A DNA stretch of 63,647 nucleotides, filler included, from Octopus bimaculoides (GCF_001194135.2; 10 parts of 9 records of this genome joined end to end with filler, not necessarily neighbours in it); one strand, 5' to 3'. Positions 50,597 to 63,240 are shown, counted from the first letter of the whole stretch. Translations and numbers: made by a program. Notes: a model not told the origin generated them from the sequence alone.

Positions 50597-51169
50597 TAGG
50601 TTTACTTGTGTAGGTTTGAAAATGTTTCACTGGTTGGAAACATGTTGAACTGTGTAAATTGTTAGAGAAACAGACCTAGTTGTTTCTTACCATAAATACA
50701 CATAAAGCCAAAACTTATTCACAGACTCTTAAGATACTACTGAGGACCCCTGATTTGCTTACTACTTTGCTTGCAAGGACCTCCAGAAATCTTAATTGGA
50801 GCCCAATAGAGAACCATTGATTTAAACAATAATAGTTATTGTTTCTAACACAGGCACAAGGGTAGAAATTTAGGAGTGGCATTGATTACAATGACCCCAG
50901 TACAATATCTTAATCTACTCCCTTCTGAATGATTAATAGGCAAAGTGGTCATAGCTTATAGTAGGATTTGCCAGATCTCAAATGAGGGGTAAAGTTAGTC
51001 TCAACATGTTCCCAAAGTCGGCAGTATTGTCTCTTTGAGACAGTGGGGGTTAAGCAGTTGAAGCAAACTCAGGAGGTAATGAGGTTGCCAAACAAAGAGG
51101 GTGAGGGATGTAAAAACAATGAAATAATGAGGTTAATTAGGTTAAGTCTTATTTGTGAAATAGTTAATA

Positions 51170-51345
51170 ATGGTTTCAAATTTTGCCATGAGGGCAGCAA
51201 TTTGGGGGAAGAAGGTGAATCAATTACATCGACCCCAATGTTCAACTGGTACTTATTTTATGAACCCTGAAAGGATGAAAGGCAAAGCTGACCTCAGCAA
51301 GACGTAAGGACGGATGAAATGCTGCTAAGCATTTTGCTCGGTGTG
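51170..51345 (-). mobile_element. OK-like SINE
   Basis: Tail, core and partial head. Confidence 0.8.
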
Positions 51346-51381
51346 GGTTTATATTAAGAAAAATATTATGGACAGTAATAT

Positions 51382-51545
51382 AGGCACAGGAGTGGCTGTG
51401 TGGTAAGTAGCTTGCTTACCAACCACATGGTTTCGGGTTCATTCCCACTGTGTGGCACCTTGAGTAAGTGTCGTCTGCTATAGCCTTGGGCCGACCAAAG
51501 CCTTGTGAGTGGATCTGGTACATGGAAACTGGAAGAAGCCACTCA
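51382..51545 (+). mobile_element. OR2-like SINE 5' half
   Basis: aggcacaggagtggctgtgtggtaagtagcttgcttacc head. Confidence 0.88.
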
Positions 51546-51614
51546 TATGTGTGTGTGTGTGCTGTAGTGAGGGTTTTATGTCTAAACAAGACTGACAAAA
51601 TTTAAAAAAGAAAA

Positions 51615-51808
51615 GGTTTCAAATTTTACCACACGGGCAGCAATTTTGGGGAGGGGATGAGTTGATTACATCGACCCCAGTAATCAACTGGTACGCATTT
51701 TATCGACCCCCGAAAGGATGAAAGACAAAGTTGACCTCAGCAGAATTTGAACTTAGAATGTAGCGACGGGCAAAATACCACTAAGAATTTCGTCCAGCAT
51801 GCTAATGA
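51615..51808 (-). mobile_element. OK-like SINE
   Basis: Tail, core and head. Confidence 0.8.
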
Positions 51809-51834
51809 TTCTTATTTCTTTATTCTGAAATTTA

Positions 51835-51926
51835 TATAGCCTTGGGCCGACCAAAGCCTTGTGAGTGGATTTGGTAGATGGAAAGCCTTGTAAGTGGATC
51901 TGGTAGAAACTGGAAGAAGCCCATCG
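51835..51926 (+). mobile_element. OR2-like core fragment with an internal duplication
   Basis: aaagccttgtgagtggatttggtaga occurs twice. Confidence 0.75.
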
Positions 51927-51981
51927 TATATATATATATATATATATATATATNNNNNNNNNNNNNNNNNNNTATATATAT

Positions 51982-52195
51982 AGGGGCTAAACATAGAGGA
52001 GACAAACAAGGACAGACAAAGGGATTAAGTCGATTACATCGACCCCAGTGCGTAACTGGTACTTATTTAATCGACCCCGAAAGGATGAAAGGCAAAGTCG
52101 ACCTCGGTGGAATTTGAACTCAGAACGTAGCGGCAGATGAAATACCGCTAAGCATTTCGCCAGGCGTGCTAACGACTCTGCCAGCTCAACGCCTT
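51982..52195 (-). mobile_element. OK-like SINE, young
   Basis: Near identical to 37569-37790. Confidence 0.88.
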
Positions 52196-52577
52196 AATAA
52201 TGATAATAATAACAACAACAACAATAATAATATGAATGGCACAAGACTGTAGATTTCTGGGAAAGAAATATTGTCGATGATTTAATTGGTACACCCACTC
52301 CCAATTACTTAGATTATGAACCAGGAAGGATGACATCCAAAGTTGACCTCAGCCACAGCGGGACTCAGAACGAAAAGGAGTACAACTAAACAACATCAGC
52401 AGCAGCATTGGTTCACGAGGAAGACATTAAGCAGAATCCTTATATTACAACCATCAAACCATCATAATAATTGCAATCTGGCTAAATTTTAAAAAATGGG
52501 CAAAAAAAAGGAAAAGATAAAGAGAAAAAAATAAACAGAGTAAAATCCTACATTACCATGTCTATACACACGCCTAT

Positions 52578-52815
52578 ATATCATCATCATCATCATCATC
52601 ATCGTTTAACGTCCGCTTTCCATGCTAGCATGGGTTGGACGATTTGACTGAGGACTGGTGAAACTGGATGGCAACACCAGGCTCCAATCTGATTTGGCAG
52701 AGTTTCTACAGCTGGATGCCCTTCCTAACGCCAACCACTCAGAGAGTGTAGTGGGTGCTTTTACGTGTCACCCGCACGAAAACGGCCACGCTCGAAATGG
52801 TGTCTTTTATGTGCC
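52578..52815 (-). mobile_element. RTE 3' end with (TGA)n tail
   Basis: Reverse complement of the RTE terminus ccaacccatgctagcatggaaagcggacgttaaa. Confidence 0.88.
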
Positions 52816-52915
52816 NNNNNNNNNNNNNNNNNNNNNNNNNNNNNNNNNNNNNNNNNNNNTTAATTAATTAANNNNNNNNNNNNNNNNNNNNNNNNNNNNN
52901 NNNNNNNNNNNNNNN

Positions 52916-55894
52916 TTGATCCTTAGACATTTCTTCCAAATTTATATTGTTTAATGAATTTAATGCATCTACATCCATTCTAGAAAGTGCATCTGCTGCA
53001 GAATTTTCAACACACTTGATATACCGTATATCCACAGTAAACTGTGAAATAAAATCAAGGTGTCTAATTTCTCTAGGAGAATATTTCTCCGAAGAACTTT
53101 TGAATGCATATGTTAATGGTTTATGGTCAGTAAATATAGTAAATGACCTACCTTCAAGAAGATGTCTGAAGTATTTAATTGACAAATAAGCTGCCAGCAA
53201 TTCTCTGCCGAATACTCTGTATTTCGTTTCTGGTGCTTTAAATTTTTTGAAAAGAAAGATAGTGGTTACCAAGAACCACAATGATATTGTTGCAAAACTC
53301 CACCGATTCCAACATCGGAAGCATCAACTACCAACGATAATTTCACTTCAGGAACCGGATGGTTTAAATGTGTTGCTCTACACAGTTTATCTTTTATATC
53401 TTCAAAAGCTTGTAATTGCTTTTCTTTTAATGTTATGGTTTCGTTTTTCTTCCTTCTATTTTTCAATAGCTCAGTTAAGGGATATAGGAATAAATTTTCT
53501 GTAAAAATTAACTATCCCTAAAAATTCTCTGAGCTTTCTTAAAGAATCTGGTATTGGAAATTTTTTAATAGCTTCAACTTTCTCTGGCAATGGTCGAATT
53601 CCATCTTTATCAATAAGATGACCCAGAAAAGATATAGGGGTTTCACCAAAAACACACTGTGCTGGGTTTATTACTATACCATATTTCGTCAATCTCTCGA
53701 AAACTTGTTTTAAATGGTCTTCATGTGCTTCTTCTGATGGACTAGCAATAGGCAAATATGATATAGGCAAATACGAAAGGTAAATTTCTTGTAACTTCGT
53801 CCATAAATCTTTGAAAAGTATTTGCTGCGTTCCTCAATCCGAAAGGCATGCGAAGGAATTTAAATAACCCAAATGGAGTGGTAATCGCAGTTTTCGGTAT
53901 ATCTTTTCCTTCTACAGGAATTTGATTATATGCTCTAACTAAATCAATTTTCGAAAAAACAGTGCAACCACTCAAAAAAGTTGCAAATTCCATAAGATGA
54001 GGAATTGGATATTTATCTGCTTTTGTTTTAGCATTAAGTTGTCTAAAATCTCCACAAGGACGCCAGTCAATGAGATTTTTTTTTTTACCATAACTAATGG
54101 AGTTGACAAGCTACTGCTTGAAGGACGAATTATACCAAAGTCCAACATATGACTAAACTCAGCCTTTGCAATCTTCAATTTTTCCGGAGATCGTCTTCTC
54201 GGCTTGGAAAAACTTGGAGGTCCTTGTGTGATGATGTGATGATGAATTACACTTGATATTTAGAGCTAATGGTGTTGTAATTTTAGGATAATTCTTCAAC
54301 AACCTGTGATACCGATCTTCTGAGGACGCTATGCAATACAATGGACTGTCTGTGGCCTTTCTGCATCTCATTACTTGGATTTTTAATAACGTTTCTGTGT
54401 CTATCAGTTTTTGTTTCCTTATATCTACCATTAAATGATAGTGTGCGAGAAAATCTGCCCCTAATATTGAGTAAGGCAGATCCGCTACTATGAAGATCCA
54501 CTTAAATTCTCTTCGTAGATTTAAATTCAGAGTTAAGCTAATCTTTCCAAATGTTCTGATCTCAGATTGATTAGCTGCTTGAAGAGTCAAATATACAGGT
54601 TTTGGTTTTTCTTTCAAAAGTTTTACAGGCCAAATTGAACAAGCTGCTCCTGTATCAACCAAAAACCTTTCTTTCGAGATCGTGTCAAAAACAAAAAATA
54701 CGCGACTTTTATTTAAGTTATCCACAGATTTCGTCGCATCTAATCTGTGGATGAGAAGTTTCCCGACTTAAAAAATTTTTTTTTTTTTCAAAAATTTAAA
54801 TGAACATGGTTTAACACAGCGATAAGATTTGTCACCAAACTTTGAATGGTACCAGCATATGGCGTTTCTTTTGGGACTTTTCGATCTCCTTTGCTGTCTT
54901 GCGTTTCTTGTATTTGAGTGACTGTCTCTTCCGAGCTGAAGACTTTCAATTTTCTTCGTCAATAACTCAAATTGTTTTTCATAGCTCTCTTTTAATGCTT
55001 GTATTTTATCAGAGATAGATGGAACTGCATTCACAGTCTCTCTAGATGACAATTCCAAAATGCCATCCGCTAAATCTGCCAATTATTGAAGAGAGTTTTG
55101 ATTTTTCACAGCTGAAAGCAAGGTTTGTGTTTTGTAAAGCAATTTAGTAAAGAAAACCTCTTTGAGGTAGGATTCTTCTATTTGTTGATCTCCAAGAAGT
55201 TCGTTCATCCTCCGAAGAAGTTGTGTTGGCTTCTTATTGCCTAAATCTTCATTATTGAATAGCTTCGCAAATTCTTTCTGTTTTGAATTTTAAAGTTCAT
55301 TTTAATATTTCTGCTTTAATTGCAGAATATGAAACTGGCTCGGCAGGATTTAAAAGTAAATCTCTAATTTCATAGCTAAGAGGTGGAGGCAAATTACTCA
55401 GCATTATATGATATTTTTGCTCTTCATGCGTTATACGATTTGCCCTAGTTGTACGATTTGCCCTAGTTGTACGATTTGCCTCTAGTTGTACTAACCAGAT
55501 AAATGTGTCTCCAGTCCATGGAGGAGAGGGTAATACATTTACTGAAGTTTGTGTATAATTCCTATCGAAATAGGACATCTCGAATTCCTTCAAATTCTGC
55601 TCCATTTATATATCTAAAATTTTTCAGAAAGAAAAACAAATTTTACGTTATGTTATTAAACTTTCAACAGCTCTAAACATTATTTCTATATTGCTAGAAA
55701 GTGCAGTTAAAATTTTTCTATAGTTTCCTTCCTTCAGCGTTCTTTTCCTTTCAACTTTTAATGTCAAATATATCTGTTATTAAAATTTGCATAATAAACA
55801 GTTTATATTCTATATAAAATTTTATGTAGTTTTTACTAAGTCACCAATTTACGATGTGGTGGTTTATCTATGACATCACGTCGGAAAGTCACCA
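52916..55894 (-). mobile_element. CsRn1-like Ty3/gypsy LTR retrotransposon (gag, protease, RT, RNase H), decayed; integrase not assembled
   Basis: gag CWYHSKFGDKSYRCVKPC (CHCC); FLVDTGAACSI; [42 protein letters not shown]; VDASDVGIGGVLQQ; RELLAAY..FTDHKPL. Confidence 0.93.
55875..55894 (-). promoter_or_regulatory. Primer-binding site resembling the tRNA-Trp 3' end
   Basis: Minus strand TGGTGACTTTCCGACGTGAT versus TGGTGACCCCGACGTGAT expected from eukaryotic tRNA-Trp. Confidence 0.7.
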
Positions 55895-56150
55895 GCTTTT
55901 TTTAAATGTTAAATAACAGGTCGGGGAGTGTGTGAATATATCTTTATTTACAATGTTTTCGATCGTAAGTTATAACAAATATTATTGTTTCTTAATTAAA
56001 AGCTATAATGATAATCTCGTTACTTATAACTTAATTAACTCTTAGTTTAGGCTGCGTAAATGTTATGATGTATACATACCAAGACACTGAACGTGCGTTC
56101 ATACGTACATGTATGTTGAAGATATAGATTATATTTTTTTGACTGTTACA
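55895..56150 (-). mobile_element. Putative 5' LTR
   Basis: TGTAAC start at 56150, AATAAA near 55943, directly upstream of the PBS; no second LTR is available to confirm. Confidence 0.45.
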
Positions 56151-56789
56151 CATAAAAAAATATAGTTTCATTAATATACAGAAATAAATTCAACAAGTTG
56201 AAAGAAACGAGAAGTAAAAGGAATTAAATTTCTACATTAATTCATTATGTACATTTTTGGCATTTATAGAACAGTTAGAAATAAAGTCATTTCGTCGTAG
56301 AGAATTTCGACTTAAATTTATACTAACTAATGTTTCATTCTAGCTATAAGAGTTCACAACAATTCAATATTGTCGGATTTGAGTATTGAACGTGGCATAA
56401 ATATTAGCCGATGCTCAAGAGGGTGAGTGTCGTGGATTTGAGTGTCAGTCCAACGATCACTGGAGAGTTTTCCGAAAATCAGGGTTTTTATAACTGCTCA
56501 TACACAAATCCTTGAACCGTACCTCGCGAAAGACCTCTTCAACGAAGTTCAGAATTCGTATATGGGCAGTTATTTTTAACCAATGAGAAATCAATAATTT
56601 CTCATGTTCAGGCAAACGAACATACATATACATAGACATGCACCACGCATACACGCGCAAGTTACGTGTTACATCATTTGTAAGTATTTTTGGTGTAAAT
56701 TAGAATTGAAATATGGAATCAGAAGAGTAAACTAAAACATGAAAATATAAACCTACATAATAAATTAGCTTAGATTATAAAGTACCATA

Positions 56790-57410
56790 GATGGCTCGTT
56801 TGGCATGAAGAGTAACTTGTTCAACATGCTGTTTATCGTCGTAAAAGAAAAGTGAAAGTAAATTGTCCCAAAAGGATAATAGTAAATTGCGATAGAAATC
56901 GGAAGTGACGATAGAATCATTCCAATATGTACATAAGTTGAATTTCTTACTGGTAAATCTAAATAGCTCTTCTCGGGACAATGGTTCTCTCTCTCTTCCC
57001 ATTGGTTCTCTCTCACTCACGCTCTCTCTCTCTCTCTCTCTCTACAGCTCATTAATCGTGCAGGATTATTGTACTGCTCACATGTAATTATGATGGTTAT
57101 CACATGACATGTACACCACTGAATTGCGTTCTCAGTGGTGTTCGTTGTTGTGCATTGTACATTGGAACCGTGTATCTCAGCTGCTACTTCTGAAATACTT
57201 AATATATCATTACAAAGTACTAAACAGGTAGGTTAGTAGACATGGCATTATGAGGGAGTTTTTATGTTCATTTTATAAGATTTTGGAATCCCACTGTCGT
57301 CACTTCCGATTTCTATAGCAATTTACTTTCATTTTGGATAGGGGTTACACTTTTACGACGAGACGGTAAATTGCATATTAATTAGAACTTTCATCAAAAT
57401 GAGCTAATGA
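56790..57410. mobile_element. Imperfect long inverted repeat, probable MITE
   Basis: cgtcgtaaaag..agtaaattgcgatagaaatcggaagtgacga (56837-56925) is the reverse complement of 57283-57362; weaker similarity extends outward. Confidence 0.6.
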
Positions 57411-57854
57411 GGAAGTTTACATGTGTCATTTGATCTGTCAGAAATAAATACTGTCTACCAAAAAATGCCCCTCAAACTATACTCCAATGTCTTTTACTGT
57501 GGAAATCAGAAATATTCACTCAAAATTCCATTTCTCTTAACTACAGAAAGCAGATTGATATGACCAAACCAATCTATCTTTTGTTGAGGAATGTCATGTC
57601 TGAAACTATTTTCTCAGGATATGTTAAGTTGTCTCAGTGATACAAGTGACTTGCAGAAGGTACCAATTATGTTTTAGTTCGATATTTTACTGGGTTAAAA
57701 AGGGTTAAAAAGGGAGATTATTGAATTAGGAAGTACTAAATGTACAAAACGACAGAAAAGTTACGACTGGAACAACTTTTGGCTGGCCCTCTGCTTAATT
57801 ATCAAGTATAAATTATATATGAATTAGTCATTATAAATATCATATTATAAACAT

Positions 57855-58068
57855 TGGTCTCAAATTTTGGCACAAGGCCAGCAATTTCGTGGGAGGATTT
57901 AAATCGCTTTGATCGACCCCTGTGCTCAATTGGTACTTATTTTATCGACCCCGAAAGGATGAAAGGCAAAATTGACCTCAGTGGAGTTTGAACTCAAAAC
58001 ATTAAAAGGGACAAAGTGCTATTAAGCATTTTGCTCGACGTGCTAACGATTCTGCCAGCTCGTCGTCC
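57855..58068 (-). mobile_element. OK-like SINE
   Basis: Tail, core and head. Confidence 0.85.
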
Positions 58069-58319
58069 TGAGTAGTATCGATATTAAAAAGAATATACTT
58101 ATTATGAATATTTTTATAAATATTGTGAATTATTAATTATATTTTATCAATTATGAATTAAATAAAACGGTTTATTATTTAACAAAAATTTAGAAACTTA
58201 TGACTCGAGGAGAAAAGATGTCTGCATCATTGTAGTTAAAGTGATAAGTGTAGAAATGAGAAAGGGAGGTATGATAAAAGAGACAGAGAATATATATGAT
58301 GGTCCAGATATTGATCTGT

Positions 58320-58570
58320 CCTAATTCAGTCACTTTCAAGAGTGTTTTTGAAGTCAGGAACTTTGTTCTTCCAGTATTACAAGCTACCTTAACCAGTTTC
58401 TCCAAAATTATCAATTGTCAGAGTAAAACAAAAAAAAAGAAAAGAAAATTAATTGTTTGCATGCAATCCTGAATGAGAAGTAGAGAGTACAGCTGTACTG
58501 AACGATTTGAAAAACTAGTTGTTCCCATTGAAAGGATGGCAGCGTAAGCCAACGAGCTTGTCAAATAGAA
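58320..58570 (-). mobile_element. Possible L2/CR1-group LINE C-terminal relic
   Basis: SSLAYAAILSMGTT..LLIQDCMQTI..LIILEKLVK weakly resembles the family pattern. Confidence 0.35.
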
Positions 58571-58585
58571 AAGCCTCTCTCTTTT

Positions 58586-58656
<71 letters not shown>

Positions 58657-59078
58657 CTCTCTCTCTCCCTCTCTCTCTCCCTTCTTTCTCTTTAATGCTA
58701 TAAAACTTTTTACAGGAATATTTCAAGGCAATGACCTCTCTTTATTAATATTTGACATTTAATCCTTTAATGTGCGTTGGATATACATGTTTCTCGTTAA
58801 ATATTAGGAGAAAAAAAGAGTATGAACAGTCTTTAGAGGCTTTCACAGACTGATGAGGTCAATAGAGACAGAATGAATGTGACTCGAGGAGAAAGTCTGG
58901 TTATGCTGTAGTTAGTATAGAGGTGAAAGAAACTAAGATAAAGCTGGAAAAAGATAGAGAAAATACTCTGTGGTCCATGTAACACAAGCCTTCTTTAGTT
59001 TTTTCACTCTTATTATTTTTTATACATCCAACCACGTGCTTTCACATAACCAACATTCTCACCCATATACCAAAACAC

Positions 59079-59389
59079 GTGAGACCGAAAATGCCACAGA
59101 AGACCAATACTTCGGATAAAATTACAAACGAGGATATACTTAAAGAACTCAAAAATATTAACTCACACCTCATTACCTTAAATAACAAAATCAAGGTCTC
59201 AAATCTACTCGCCCGGGAAAGGATAAACAGTGAAGTCACTACTCACTACACTGATCAGGTTAGTAATGATTTACAACTTTTATGCACAACCCTCAAATCA
59301 ATGTACATTAACAAACCTAACAATGAACAACAACCTCCTCGACACGATACTGTCGACGAATTAATTTTAAAACAAGAACAAATTAGTAA
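59079..59389 (+). mobile_element. Possible LINE ORF1 N-terminal coiled-coil region (open into a gap)
   Basis: Uninterrupted 103-codon frame, EDILKELKNINSHLITLNNKIK heptad pattern; no splice context seen. Confidence 0.35.
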
Positions 59390-59489
59390 NNNNNNNNNNN
59401 NNNNNNNNNNNNNNNNNNNNNNNNNNNNNNNNNTTAATTAATTAANNNNNNNNNNNNNNNNNNNNNNNNNNNNNNNNNNNNNNNNNNNN

Positions 59490-59542
<53 letters not shown>

Positions 59543-61927
59543 GAATGTATGCATGTACATGTGCGTGTATGTATATATGGTATATATGAGCGCTTATATA
59601 TGTTCACTGTGTTGTATATATTGTTAATAAGGTCTGAAATGTTTGGAGTTAATGAGGTTATTTGCTCAAATCATGAGAACGTAAATTTGTTTATGAACGT
59701 GTGTGTATGCATGCTTATCTGTGCGTTTTTAATGTTTGTATGAATGCATATATGAGTGTGCATGTGTGTGTGAGAGTGTGGGCGTGTGTATGTGTGTGTT
59801 ATAGGCGAGTTTCTTTTTGATATTTGTTAATAAGCGATTGAGATGTTATAGGGTTGTTATTTCTGTACCATATGTACACACACACTCACACACACACACA
59901 CACACACACACGTACACATACACGCACATACATATGTACGTATACATGTGTGTTTNNNNNNNNNNTATATATATATATGAATATATATATGTGTGTGTGT
60001 GTTTATATACATATATATATTGTATGCATGCATATACATATATATATATATGATTTTATGTGCCTCGAAAATCGGCTGTTTTCTTTTCTGTCCAAAACTT
60101 ACATACATACATACATACATACCCCACGCAATCATACACATACACGCACACACGCACACACGCACATATATGCATACACAACACTGCCGTATATACACCT
60201 TCTATATTCCGTTGTTAGATTCTACGCCAATCACTGATGACCCCAGCCTCCTAAACCCATTCCTATGCCATAACCGTCATCTCCATTAAATAAATGATTA
60301 TTGTTCCGTTCGTAGCAATGACAGAAACCTTTTATTTTGAAATATCTCAGCAATTATTGCAAAGAACACCAATTTACCATCGCAAGAACAATGGAAGGTG
60401 GCTGGGCATACCGACGATAACGAAGGTAACGAGACCAATAAATGTAATTTCTCATTCTGGCATAGAGCCATATAGTTTTCAATTATGGCTGTAGCCGATA
60501 TTTAATCGATAACTGCAATTATAATTGTTGCGTGTTTTATCGATCTTGAGAGAATTGGTTATCAAAATATAATTATACTTCAGCAGGATTCGAACGCAGA
60601 ACTTTAAGAGATGTATGTTAAGTAGTGTCGCTGATGCTGATGATTTTTACTTGTGAATGTTCTAGAGAACAGCGATGGCATCGAGGGAACCTGAGTGAAC
60701 GAGGAAACCTAGCGTTGATATTATGTTAAACTGTCGTATGTCCACATTTGGCCAAATGCATTTTTTTTTTCAATATTTATTTTTGCTTGCAATAGCCGGT
60801 TCTTTTGGTCAAATTATCGTATCTCCAGCTGATTCAGATGCCAAGATATCAAAAATTCTCAAAGTGTAGTTCAATGGTTTTGCTATGGAATGGGGAAAAG
60901 TTAAGTAAAATAGGGCGAAAGGAGCAGAAGATAGAGGGAGAAAGATCAGAGAAGCGAGAGGGAAAGGAGGGGATGACTGACCATAAATTTAGGTCTCTAA
61001 GGCGGGTGTTACCATAGTATCACTAACACAGAGTCAAATCAAACGTGAGATGGAGGCTTCTCTTTCTTTCGTTTGTAACACACAAATTAACAAAAAACAA
61101 TATCAGTAACAACAACAACAACATGAAACAAAAACAAAAGAAACTAAATTTAACAGTAAACAAATCTACGTAAAAAGCACCAAATAAAAAAATAATTTAA
61201 AAAATGCTTCTCTCCCTTAATGTTTGTATTTCAGTACGCATGCGCGCCAATGTATGTGTATATATGCATAAGTGTGTATATGTGAATGTGTGTATGTGCT
61301 TGTGTGTGAGTATGTGTGCGTATTGGATGTCACTCTCTTTAAAAGTAGGAAATAAAAGATATATAAAAATATCTTATTGATTTCGTTCATTAGAAAACGA
61401 ATATCAAAACCAAACATGGCTACTGTTGCCGCCATTTGCTGTCGATTCGCCCATTTTTATTCCACCGTTTTTCTTCTTCTTTTCCTTCAGATTCTTTCTT
61501 CTTTTTCATTGTTGTTTTTCTCGAACGANNNNNNNNNNCCCGGAATAATACTCTTAAATCGACAGAAATATTGAAGTATATACACAGAGTCATATTAAAC
61601 ATGAACACACACAGACACACGCACAGCCACGTATTGGACACGTATGGATTTATACGTAAATATCTATGTATATGTACATTTCTAGACATATATATATATA
61701 TATAAATGGAGTTAAACGCAGGTGTTATTCAAATTATTTTACTTCCGACACATGTTTCGAAGATATCACTGGTATTATTCCAAAGGAATAAAATGGTGTA
61801 AAAAAATGAAATCTTCTCTTCATGGAAATGAAGAATAGTAAATCGGTTGAGCGTCAAAGCTTGCTACTGTGCTGGATTATACAGACAGACTAAAAAAATA
61901 TTGTTTTCCTCAATCAGAATTAATCCA

Positions 61928-62040
61928 TTCTTTTACTTGTTTCAGTCATTTGACTACGGCCATGCTAGAGCACCGCCTTTAGTCGAGCAAATCGACCCCA
62001 GGACTTATTCTTTGTAAGCCTAGTACTTAATCTATCAGTC
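61928..62040 (-). mobile_element. OR2-like SINE tail
   Basis: Near-consensus tail. Confidence 0.85.
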
Positions 62041-62142
62041 ATTTATGTCTCGAGAATTTCAATGGTCATGTGATGATAAAAGGCTTTGGTATTGAACAAC
62101 GCTTTCCGTTTCAGGCACAAGGACAACTATTTGAGCGGAGGG

Positions 62143-62213
62143 AAAAGATAAAAGGCAAAGTCGACCTCTGCGGAATTTGAACTCAGAACGTAAGGACGGA
62201 CGAAATACCGCTA
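62143..62213 (-). mobile_element. OK-like SINE fragment followed by (TAA)n
   Basis: aaaggcaaagtcgacctctgcggaatttgaactcagaacg. Confidence 0.8.
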
Positions 62214-62218
62214 ATAAC

Positions 62219-62272
<54 letters not shown>

Positions 62273-63063
62273 NNNNNNNNNNNNNNNNNNNNNNNNNNNN
62301 NNNNNNNNNNNNNNNNTTAATTAATTAANNNNNNNNNNNNNNNNNNNNNNNNNNNNNNNNNNNNNNNNNNNNTCTAGCAAATCCAATCATAAGGTTTTCG
62401 TAACCCCAAAGCTGTAGAAGAAAGTTGGCCAAGATATCAGGCTGTGGCACTGAAGTCGAAACAGTGCTGTTGGGAAGCAAATTTCTTACCATGTTATTTT
62501 TATTTTGTCCCACAGAACCTTTATTTTTTTCGGAGATTTACCATTTCCACAGCTCACTCGGACGTAAGTAGTGAGTTGAATATCTGAAGATTGTCCCAAC
62601 TTCATGGTTACTCAAAGAGAATCAACACGTAATATCGCTCGTCAAAGTTTTGCTCCGGTTCACTCATACAACAATATAAGAGATTGTGAAGATCTTTTAG
62701 AGAGTCTTGTAATATAATTGTGTCCGAGCATTGAGAAGGATAATGAAGTATAATCAGGATGTTATCAATATGCAAATCATGACAAAGATAGCAAGTGTAT
62801 ATCACAGACGAGCGCGTGCACAGGCATACAAACAGAAATAGAAGCAATAGAGTAAGGGATATAACTCTTATTACATCCCTTTTTCTTTAAATTTCCTTTA
62901 CCCTATATTGGGAAGTAATAAACAAGGCTGGATTCCGGATAGGATTAAGACAAATGACATGTGACACAGGAATTTTTTTCTAATTCCCCCTCGACTCTCA
63001 CGGAATGTCATAACAAGGCAAATGAAGGAGTCAGTGAGTCAGAAATTTACCGAAGATTATCTT

Positions 63064-63240
63064 TTTGATTGTTTCATTCATTGGAATGTGGCCATACTGG
63101 GGCACCGTCGTCAACAAGTTTTAGTCAAATGAATCGACCCCAGCATCTATTTTTTAAAACCTGGTAACTATTATATCGGTTGCTTTGCCGAACCGCTATG
63201 TTACGGGAACTTAAGTACATCAATTCCCGTTGTGAAGTAC
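63064..63240 (-). mobile_element. OR2-like SINE 3' half, diverged
   Basis: gtttcattcattggaatgtggccatactggggcaccg..gccgaaccgctatgttacggg. Confidence 0.7.

Noticed and set aside
58843-58882. CTGATGA-GGTC..GACA-GAAT hammerhead-like string
   Set aside because: The GAAA core and the stem II closing pair are broken, and there is no valid stem III or cleavage triplet
8920-62328. TTAATTAATTAA 12-mers centred in N-runs (8920, 16883, 20948, 28774, 35430, 39053, 52860, 59434, 62317)
   Set aside because: Identical six-frame-stop spacers inside gaps are an assembly or scaffolding marker, not biology
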